64,000 bases of DNA, from positions 20,267-84,266 of the forward strand of contig JAEUIA010000097.1 of NCBI GenBank assembly GCA_016795245.1. Direction: 5' to 3'. This DNA is from Planctomycetota bacterium (GTDB lineage Bacteria; Planctomycetota; UBA1135; GCA-002686595). Under the pieces are notes generated by a model. It had not been told where the DNA came from. It did no database searches and worked only from the letters and a program-made list of their open reading frames with translations. Each line of letters begins with the position of its first letter. Position 1 is the first letter of the stretch. Below are positions 10,246 to 18,074 of the stretch, one piece after another. A program made the translations under genes and the position numbers.

Positions 10246-10941
10246 CTCTCCGAAGTCCTCGACCGTGTAGTCAGGCCGGATCGACTTGCCTTCGAGTCCG
10301 TGTCGCGCAGCACGCTTCGCCCACACCGTGATCATGCCGATCGAGTGCGGCGGCGCGATGTCGTGTTCGGGGCTGTCACCGACGTACATGACTTCATTCG
10401 CCGGCAACTGCAGATCGCGCAGCGCGGTCTCGTAGAGCTTGGGATTCGGTTTGCTGATCCCGATCTGGTCCGAGATGAAGACCGCGCGCGGGTCCAGGAA
10501 CGGGACGAGTCCTAGGCGAACGAGCTTCTCGGCCTGCTTGACCGTCCAGCCGTGGGTGATGATGCCGACTCGCATCCCGACCTTCTGCAAGTCTCCGAGC
10601 AGCGGTCGCACGTCGTCGAAGGGCCTCAACTCACGGAACTTCGTGTCGTGGTACGCCGCGACACCCGCCGCCACGATCAACGCCGTGTTGCGGCGCACCA
10701 AGGACGGCGGTCGCAGGCGTTGCAGGAGCTTGTCGTAGTGGTGTTCGTAGTTCGAAGAGAACTCGGCCAGCACTTCGTCGAGTTCGCGGAGCACGACTTC
10801 CTCGGGGAGTTCGAGCCCCGCGTCGATCATGGCACGCACGGCGTTGACGCGCGCTTGCCGCGCGAACGCGGTCGTGGAGAAGAGCGTGTCGTCGATGTCG
10901 AACAGGATGGCCGAGAGTTTCGTCACGCTTTCATTGTCCAA
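10201..10941 (-). CDS. HAD-superfamily hydrolase (subfamily IA-like)
   Basis: HAD motif I is near the N-terminus (LFDIDDTLF) and a late motif is MYVGDSPEHDI. The track start is TTG at 10941; GTG at 10926 is an alternative. Its 3' end overlaps the convergent ATPase gene by 45 bp. Confidence 0.8.
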   Translation of the reverse strand: MDNESVTKLSAILFDIDDTLFSTTAFARQARVNAVRAMIDAGLELPEEVVLRELDEVLAEFSSNYEHHYDKLLQRLRPPSLVRRNTALIVAAGVAAYHDTKFRELRPFDDVRPLLGDLQKVGMRVGIITHGWTVKQAEKLVRLGLVPFLDPRAVFISDQIGISKPNPKLYETALRDLQLPANEVMYVGDSPEHDIAPPHSIGMITVWAKRAARHGLEGKSIRPDYTVEDFGELREILRRDFSLALT

Positions 10942-11081
10942 AGATGACGCGTCGGAGTCACGGACCTGATTTTGTGAGGGAGTAATGCCCGCATCATGCA
11001 GTGCCGCCCGATGCGCCTAGGGTCGAGTGACAGGCAGACACTCACGATCCACCCTTCTCCCAAGACGCGAGGACATCACTC

Positions 11082-13226
11082 ATGCAAAGCAATCACGAAT
11101 ACGCACGCACGGCGCCGCGGACAGGCGGCGTGGCACTCTGCGCGCGGGCGCTCTTGCCCGCCATTTTGGCCCTGGTCGCGGGCTGCGGCGGGGGAGGCTC
11201 GAAATCCTCACCGGCGGCGGCCACGCTCCCGGATTTCAGCGCTGCGGTGTTCACGAACCCCAGCGTCGTCGACCATCCGCTGTGGAATTTCCCTGTCGAC
11301 ACGGCCGCGACCTTCGCCTCGGCGAGCGGGTCCGAGATCGAGACCATCGTGGTCGAGCGTTTGCCCGGCACGCGCACGGTCATGGGGCTCGCCTGCATTC
11401 GCGTCCGTGATCGCGTGTTCAGCGACGGACTCTTGATCGAGGACACGGAGGATTGGTACGCGCAGGACGATGAGGGCAACGTCTGGTACATGGGCGAGGC
11501 GGTCGTCGACTACGAGTACGACGACGACGGCAATCTGATCGGCACGGCAACAGACGGATCCTGGGAAGCGGGTCTGGATCCGCTGGCCACGGGTGCGGTC
11601 GCGAGGCCCGGCTTCGCGATGAGGGCGAGTCCCGCGGTCGGCGATTTCTACTACCAGGAGTTCTACGAGGACGAAGCCGAGGACATCGGCCGAGTCGTGG
11701 AACTGAACGTGCCGATCACCCTCGCCGACGGCAGCCTGCACGCGTGCGTCAAGATCCGCGAGACGAGTTCGATCGACGCCACTGCGAACGAGTTCAAGTA
11801 CTTCGCTCCCGGCATCGGCCTGGTGCGCGAGGAGAAGATCGGCTCGGCCGAATCCCTCGAATTTCGCGGTCGATTCCTGATGAACGCGACCTCGCGCCCG
11901 GTGTTCGCGGCGGGGGACTTCAGCGCACCGAGCGTGATCACGCACCCCTTGTTCCCGTCCGTGGAGGAGCAGGCCTTGGTGTATTCGTTGTCGTCCGAGG
12001 ACGAATCAGAGACGATCGTCGTCGAGCGCCTGGCCGGGACGCGTGTCGTCTTGGGCATCGCTTGCGCGCGCGTGCGTGATCGCGTGTACAAGGACGGTCT
12101 TCTGATCGAAGACACCGAAGACTGGTTCGCTCAAGACGACGCCGGCAACGTCTGGTACATGGGCGAAGCCGTCGACAACTACGAGTACGACGAAGACGGC
12201 GTGTTGATCGGCGTCGACAACGACGGTTCGTGGGAAGCCGGACTCGACGTCGCCGGCACCGGGATGACGGCGCTGCCCGGCTATCAGCTTCCGGCGAATC
12301 CCGTGGTCGGCACGGCTTACTACCAGGAGTTCTACGTCGGCGAAGCCGAGGACATGGGGCTCACGGTTGCGACCGGCGTCACGGTGACCCTGCCCGACGG
12401 ACGCGTGTTCACCGGCTGCGTGCGCACGCTCGATTGGAATCCGCTGGAGCCGGATGGACTGGAGTACAAGCTCCACGCGCCCGGTCTGGGTCTAGTGCGC
12501 GAGGAAGCGCTGCACGAAGCGGAATCGGCCTCGCACGTCGGCACTTTCGACCGCAGCACGGCCTCGATTCCGAATTTCGGCGCGGCCGTGTTCACGACCC
12601 CGACGACGATCGACCATCCGCTGCAACCTTTCCCGCCCGCCGCGACCTGGGAGTACGAGGCCGAGACCGAGGACGGACTGGAGACGATCCTGATCGAAGT
12701 CCTGCCGCAGACGCGCGTCGTCATGGGGGTGATGTGCGCCGTCGTGCGCGACCGCGTGTTCCTCGAAGGCGTGATCATCGAAGACACCGAAGACTGGTTC
12801 GCGCAGGACGACGCGGGCAATGTCTGGTACTTCGGCGAGTTCGTCGTGAACTACGAGTACGACGACGACGGCGTGCTCCTGGGCACGAACAACGACGGTT
12901 CGTGGGAGGCAGGTCTGGACGTCGCCGGTGCCGGTTCGACGGCGCAACCCGGGATTCTGATGTGGGCGACGCCCGTTGCGGGGACGTCGTACTACCAGGA
13001 GTTCTACGCCGGCGAGGCGGAGGACATGGCCTTCATCGTCGCGACCGGCGTGACGGTGACGACGCCCGGCGGCGAGACCTACACGGGCTGCCTGCAGACC
13101 TTGGATTGGAATCCGCTGGAGCCGGACGGGCTCGAGTACAAGTTCTACGCGCCCGGCATCGGCTTCGTGTACGAGACGAAGTTGCACGAAGAAGAGGATT
13201 TGGAGCTCACCGACACGTCGCTCTGA
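11082..13226 (+). CDS. Lipoprotein built from three ~224-aa tandem internal repeats, unknown function
   Basis: Lipobox LVAGC. The block (I/V)IEDTEDW(Y/F)AQDD.GNVWY.GE...YEYD.DG.L.G...DGSWEAGLD ... YYQEFY..EAED recurs three times, with nucleotide anchors near 11430, 12100 and 12775. Confidence 0.8.
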   Translation: MQSNHEYARTAPRTGGVALCARALLPAILALVAGCGGGGSKSSPAAATLPDFSAAVFTNPSVVDHPLWNFPVDTAATFASASGSEIETIVVERLPGTRTVMGLACIRVRDRVFSDGLLIEDTEDWYAQDDEGNVWYMGEAVVDYEYDDDGNLIGTATDGSWEAGLDPLATGAVARPGFAMRASPAVGDFYYQEFYEDEAEDIGRVVELNVPITLADGSLHACVKIRETSSIDATANEFKYFAPGIGLVREEKIGSAESLEFRGRFLMNATSRPVFAAGDFSAPSVITHPLFPSVEEQALVYSLSSEDESETIVVERLAGTRVVLGIACARVRDRVYKDGLLIEDTEDWFAQDDAGNVWYMGEAVDNYEYDEDGVLIGVDNDGSWEAGLDVAGTGMTALPGYQLPANPVVGTAYYQEFYVGEAEDMGLTVATGVTVTLPDGRVFTGCVRTLDWNPLEPDGLEYKLHAPGLGLVREEALHEAESASHVGTFDRSTASIPNFGAAVFTTPTTIDHPLQPFPPAATWEYEAETEDGLETILIEVLPQTRVVMGVMCAVVRDRVFLEGVIIEDTEDWFAQDDAGNVWYFGEFVVNYEYDDDGVLLGTNNDGSWEAGLDVAGAGSTAQPGILMWATPVAGTSYYQEFYAGEAEDMAFIVATGVTVTTPGGETYTGCLQTLDWNPLEPDGLEYKFYAPGIGFVYETKLHEEEDLELTDTSL

Positions 13227-13294
13227 GTTCCAGGAGCGCGCGTCGTCGCAGGCTCTTTGCGACCTGCGGTGGATCGTGACAGGGCTCCAAACGG

Positions 13295-13323
13295 CTCGAG
13301 CCGGCACGGATTGCCGGCTCGAG
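13295..13323. terminator. Hairpin between convergent genes (candidate bidirectional terminator)
   Basis: CTCGAGCCGGCA-cggat-TGCCGGCTCGAG forms a 12-bp perfect stem. It lies between the stop of the repeat lipoprotein (13226) and the stop of the beta-propeller gene (13396). Confidence 0.55.
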
Positions 13324-13395
13324 TTCGTTTCCAGGCCGGCCTTGCGGCGGCCTGCGCCCTGTCGTGCCGGCCGCCGCCGCGACCGGCTCGCGCGC

Positions 13396-14979
13396 TCACG
13401 GCAGGACCGTGACGCGCACCCAGTTCTTCGTCAACTGACGCGGGTAGTTGAAGAGGCCCTGGAAGTAGAGCGTGGTTCCGATCTGCGACGTACCGTTCGG
13501 CAGGGTGAAGTTCACGCTGCTGGCTCCGCTCGTGTTCGTCGCCGGCGCAGGCACGGCCTGCATTCCCGTGCGGTTCAGGTAGAGCGTGCCGATGGCGCCG
13601 AAGTTGATCGGCGTCGCGAGGGCCGAGGTCGACCACAGGAGGGTCGACGGTACCGAGTCGCCTTGTCCCTGCATGACGAAGTTGATCGACGAACCGGGGC
13701 TCGGAATACCCGCTGCGCGGATGTCCTGCGGTTCGAAGGCGTAGAAGCGGATCGATCCGCCGCCGGCGTACAGGTTGGCGTGCACCGCCTTGGCCGCGAC
13801 CGCGACGCGCTCGCCGTCACCACTGATGTCGACGTCGAACACCGAACCCGTCAGGTTGTGCAGCGCGACGGGAGCGCTTTGGTTGCTCCGGTAGAGGCGC
13901 ACTTCCGGGCAGACGTCGCCGCCGTCACCCCACAAGCCCACCACGAAACGCGATCCGTCGCGCGACATGGCCATGTCCGCGGCCACGTTTTGCAACGTGC
14001 CGGTTCCGACGGCCTCGTCGGTCATCGTGATCGTCTTGGTGGCCACGTCGATGCACTCGACGCGCACGTGGTTGTTCGTGTCGTAGCCGTTGAACGTGTA
14101 CGCGACTTTCGAGCCGTCACCGGCGATGGCGATGCGCGCGCAGACGTAGGAACCCGGCAGGTTGCGCGTGTACGTTTTCGTGTAACCGCCGGACGCGTTG
14201 CGTTCCCAGATATCCATGTAATTGAAGCCGCCGTTCGCGATCACGCGCCCGTCGCCGGACATCGCGTGCGCCGAGTCGAGCGACGTCATGAGCACGTAGA
14301 GCGCGATGTTCGTGTGCGTGTTCGTGTCCCAGACGATGAACGACGTGCCGGACGCCAGGTAGAGCTTCGAACCGTCGCTCGAGAGGCTGAAGCCACGCAC
14401 TCCCATGGCGAAGTTGTCGATCGTGCCGCTCCACTGCGGAGTGCCGGAACTCGGCCCGAAGACACGGACGTCGAGCTTGCTGGTCAACGTCTGGTACGAG
14501 ACCGCGACGATGCGCGAGCCGTCGTCCGACACCGCGACCTTGGCGTTGCCCGCCGTCGTGCCCGGGAACGTGTACGTCCAATCGGGCGTGCTCGAAGCCG
14601 AGCGGTACTTGGACACCACCGTCTGCTTCGTGCTCTGGTTCGAGTTCAGCACGAGCTGGTGGATCGAGACGTGCACGTCCGCCATCTCCGCCGAGTCGAC
14701 GAGCGAGTACGCGCCCTCGATCGGCGTCGCGTTCGTCCACACCGGCGTCGCGGGATTCGTGTCGAACCCCGACAGCAACTCGGCGTGGTCTTGACCGAAC
14801 TCGATCTCCGTGAACACCTGCGTGCCCTGCGCGCCGATCGACACGCAGCGGCCGCTCCAGCCGGCGCCGTTGTCACCGCGCACCCACAACGCTCCGCCGG
14901 AGTTCACCTGCGCGTCGGCGGTGGCCGCGAACACACAGAGCGAAAAACCCGCGATCCAATACCCCATTGACTTGGTCAT
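13396..14979 (-). CDS. Secreted beta-propeller protein (WD40-like/TolB-like repeats) with a distinct C-terminal module
   Basis: Blade-like motifs recur: VSDDGSRIVAVS, LSSDGSKLYLAS, MSGDGRVIANG, IAGDGSKVAYT, MSRDGSRFVVG, ISGDGERVAVAA. The ATG at 14979 gives the signal peptide MTKSMGYWIAGFSLCVFAATADAQ, preceded by GAGGG. The track start at 14994 is GTG. Confidence 0.75.
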   Translation of the reverse strand: MTKSMGYWIAGFSLCVFAATADAQVNSGGALWVRGDNGAGWSGRCVSIGAQGTQVFTEIEFGQDHAELLSGFDTNPATPVWTNATPIEGAYSLVDSAEMADVHVSIHQLVLNSNQSTKQTVVSKYRSASSTPDWTYTFPGTTAGNAKVAVSDDGSRIVAVSYQTLTSKLDVRVFGPSSGTPQWSGTIDNFAMGVRGFSLSSDGSKLYLASGTSFIVWDTNTHTNIALYVLMTSLDSAHAMSGDGRVIANGGFNYMDIWERNASGGYTKTYTRNLPGSYVCARIAIAGDGSKVAYTFNGYDTNNHVRVECIDVATKTITMTDEAVGTGTLQNVAADMAMSRDGSRFVVGLWGDGGDVCPEVRLYRSNQSAPVALHNLTGSVFDVDISGDGERVAVAAKAVHANLYAGGGSIRFYAFEPQDIRAAGIPSPGSSINFVMQGQGDSVPSTLLWSTSALATPINFGAIGTLYLNRTGMQAVPAPATNTSGASSVNFTLPNGTSQIGTTLYFQGLFNYPRQLTKNWVRVTVLP

Positions 14980-15395
14980 GTGCCCTCTTCCCACTCGATG
15001 TCTGCCTGATTCCTGCCTCTGAAGTCAAGCAAGCCATCGGTGGATGGGTGGCTGGTTCCTGAGACCGAACGTGGGATTTCAGCGAAGTTGCAATTCTCCA
15101 CATGGCCGGACCCGGCGCACGGGGGGAGGGCAGAATTTTCTACCGCGGGGGATACTGGCGCCCCTCGCTGGTCGCCCAGCCTGCTACCCCAAGGGCGCGC
15201 TCCCGGGCAGGGTCGGCGAATCCTGAGAGGGCCTCCAGACGCTGCCAAGGGGGGCGCTTCGAAGAGGACCAGCGGAGGGAGCCAGGATCACCTGGAGGAG
15301 GTCTGGGCGCCTGGGAGTGCCCGGGATGAAAGCAGCCGGCGGAGACCTGCGCGTCCGCGCAAGTCTCCGCCGGCCGGAGTCGGACCGTCCGCGCC

Positions 15396-18026
15396 TCAGC
15401 GCGCTTCGATCTTCTTCAATTCGTCGCGCACATCGGTGATGCGGGCGCGGATCAGGATCATCAGCGACTTGTTCTCGTCGCTGTAGCCCTCTTGCTTGAA
15501 GAAGAACCCGATGATCGGGATCTTCGCGATCCACGGGACTTCCGCGCGACGCTCGATGTTGCGGATGCTCGACAAGCCGCCGAGCATGATCGAGCCGCCG
15601 TCGGGGATGACCGCCGACGTGAAGACCGACTGCACTTGCAGCTCGGGGAGCTGGAACTGGATCGGCGACGTGTTGCCGCCGAGCGTCGAGCTGAAGTCGC
15701 GCAGCGCCACGACCTTGGCCACCGTCGGCTGGATCTCCAGCGTCAGGTACTTGCGGTTGTGGTGGATCGTCGGGCGCACGTCGAGCACGACGCCTTCGTT
15801 CAGGACGTTGATCTGCGGATCGGCGACGGCCTGGAACTGGGCGACTTCGACGTCGAAGTCCTGGATGTACGCGCGCTGGTTGATGACCGTGACGTACGCG
15901 CGCTGCGTGTTGTGCACGGACAGGACCTGGTCGTTGACGAGCTCGATGTTCGAGCTCTTCTCGACCGCGCGCAGGATCGCGCTCAGGTTGAGCTGATCGA
16001 GGAAGCCGAGCTGGAACGTAGCGCCGCCGATGGTGGAGAGCGCATTACCCAGGTTCGAGCCGAAGAAGTTCTGCGTCGTGGCACGGAAATCACCGTCCTG
16101 GCCGTCGTCGTAGAAGATACCGGCCGAAGGGTGACCGGCCGAGTTCTGGCCGGCCGTGCCCGTGCCGCCGTTGTCGAGGCCGCGTGAGGCCTGGTCTTCG
16201 AGGCCGTTCGTGACATCCGTGACGTCGATGTTGTCGAGGCCGCGGAAGTCGACGCCGATCTCCTGGATCCAGTTGGAAGCGACCGACAGGAACTTGGACT
16301 CGATCGTGACCAGCGACGAAGAGAAGCGGCGCAGGTCGTTCAGGAACTCGCGCACTTGGAGCTGCACTTCAGGCGTGTGGTTGATCAGGATGAAGCCCTC
16401 GGCGGCTTCGATCGAGACGCCCGCGTCCTGCCACGTGCCGACGGCGACGTTTTCCTGGATCAAGGTCGACAGGTCGGAGGGCTCGATGATCTTCGGCTTC
16501 TCGCCGATGCCGCCGAACGGGCCGCCGCCGTCGTCGTCCTGCATCTGATCGATGAGGCGCAGACGGTCGATGCGCGGACCCATGAAGTCGGTCAGGCCGA
16601 ACACGAGGTCCTGGACGTCGTGGTTGTAGATGATCGGCTTGTCGCGCGCCTTTTCCTTGGTCGTGATCAAGACCGCGTCGTGACGCACGGTCCAGGTGAC
16701 CTGGTCACCGGCCATCTTCGTGATCAGGTTCAAGACCTGTTCGGCGGTGAGACGGTTGTCGAAGTTGAAGTTGAAGACCGTCGCGTTGCTCTTGGCCGCG
16801 GCGTCGGCGGCCGGATCGACCACCAGCGGCAGGCCGGACTGGACGCGCAGGCCGTCGATCACGCGGATCAGGCTCTCTTCGTCCTTGGCGGCGACGTTCT
16901 GCACCGGCGTGTTGCGCAGGAGATCGCGCAGCGCGCGCTCCGACTCGCTGACCTTCTGCGAGAGGTCGATGCCGCGACGGCGCGAACGCAGGTCGGTGAT
17001 CTCGCTCCAGCGCTCGGCCGAGGGGAGCGTCAACTCCGGCGTCCAGGGGATCTCGAGTTCCTTCATCGACTCGCGCCAGCGGCGGTACTGCTCGTTCTTC
17101 TTCTCGACGTAGCTCGCCTTGACGGCCTTGCGACCGGCGCGGAACGACGCTTCGCGGATGTCCTTCGCCTGTTCGTTGCGCGGATCCTTGTCGAGTGCTT
17201 GCTGCGCGAAGTCCTCGGCGTCTTCGTACTCGCCGGCCTGGAACGCGCCGATCGCGCGGTCGAGGATGCCGTTCACTTGCGCGGTCTTGCGGTCGCGCAG
17301 CGTGGCTTCTTTCTCGCGCAGGGCTTCCGTGGCCTTGCGGCGCGCGGCCTCTTCGCTGGCCTTCTCGGCGCTCAAGCGCTGATCCTTGACGGTCTGGAGC
17401 ATCGACTTGGCTTCCGTGTCGAGGCCCTGCCAGTTGACCGAGTAGGGGGCGAAGCGCACCAGATTGTTCGCGATCTCCAGTTCGGTGATCGCGCCCTGGT
17501 AATCGTTGCGCGCGACGAGCACACGCGACTTCGCCAGCGCGTCTTGCACATCGGCCTTCATCTGCTGGACCTTCAGCGCGTACTGCTGCTCCATGTCCTG
17601 CGTGATGGTGCGCGCAGTGCCCGGGTCACCCCCGCGCATGCGGATCGATTCGGCGCGCAGGTCCTTGGCGCGCAGGTTCATGGGCTCGAGATCGAGCGCC
17701 GCAGCGGCTTCCAGTTCGGCCTCGGCGAACATCAAGTTCTTGAGGTAGGTCTCGGCGTTCTGGATGTGCTGCTGGATCAAGAAGGCCTTGCGCTGTTCAG
17801 CCAGCGAGAGCTTCTCGACATCCTGAGCGAGTTGCGAGCCGGGGCGGACGGTCCCGCCCGCGTCTTGCGGAGTGGCTTCGGCCGTGAGCGCGGCAGCAGA
17901 GGCCTTGGCCTCGGCGCTGTCCGCGCTCGCTTCGATCGCGTCGCCGTTCGAGCGGCAGGCCGCGAGGGCCAGGACGAGGACGAGGGGCAGGGCGTTCCCT
18001 GACGTCACGTAGCGGTGGTTCGACAT
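15396..18026 (-). CDS. Secretin-family outer-membrane lipoprotein (GspD/PilQ superfamily) with a TPR-like N-terminal region
   Basis: 876 aa, lipobox LALAAC. The C-terminal secretin signature is GGSIMLGGLSSIRNIERRAEVPWIAKIPIIGFFFKQEGYSDENKSLMILIRARI. The N-terminal ~300 aa are helical and TPR-like. Confidence 0.8.
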   Translation of the reverse strand: MSNHRYVTSGNALPLVLVLALAACRSNGDAIEASADSAEAKASAAALTAEATPQDAGGTVRPGSQLAQDVEKLSLAEQRKAFLIQQHIQNAETYLKNLMFAEAELEAAAALDLEPMNLRAKDLRAESIRMRGGDPGTARTITQDMEQQYALKVQQMKADVQDALAKSRVLVARNDYQGAITELEIANNLVRFAPYSVNWQGLDTEAKSMLQTVKDQRLSAEKASEEAARRKATEALREKEATLRDRKTAQVNGILDRAIGAFQAGEYEDAEDFAQQALDKDPRNEQAKDIREASFRAGRKAVKASYVEKKNEQYRRWRESMKELEIPWTPELTLPSAERWSEITDLRSRRRGIDLSQKVSESERALRDLLRNTPVQNVAAKDEESLIRVIDGLRVQSGLPLVVDPAADAAAKSNATVFNFNFDNRLTAEQVLNLITKMAGDQVTWTVRHDAVLITTKEKARDKPIIYNHDVQDLVFGLTDFMGPRIDRLRLIDQMQDDDGGGPFGGIGEKPKIIEPSDLSTLIQENVAVGTWQDAGVSIEAAEGFILINHTPEVQLQVREFLNDLRRFSSSLVTIESKFLSVASNWIQEIGVDFRGLDNIDVTDVTNGLEDQASRGLDNGGTGTAGQNSAGHPSAGIFYDDGQDGDFRATTQNFFGSNLGNALSTIGGATFQLGFLDQLNLSAILRAVEKSSNIELVNDQVLSVHNTQRAYVTVINQRAYIQDFDVEVAQFQAVADPQINVLNEGVVLDVRPTIHHNRKYLTLEIQPTVAKVVALRDFSSTLGGNTSPIQFQLPELQVQSVFTSAVIPDGGSIMLGGLSSIRNIERRAEVPWIAKIPIIGFFFKQEGYSDENKSLMILIRARITDVRDELKKIEAR

Positions 18027-18074
18027 CGTGAGTGATCTCTTCTCTTTGAAGGTGCGCTTTGCGTCAGGTGGGAA

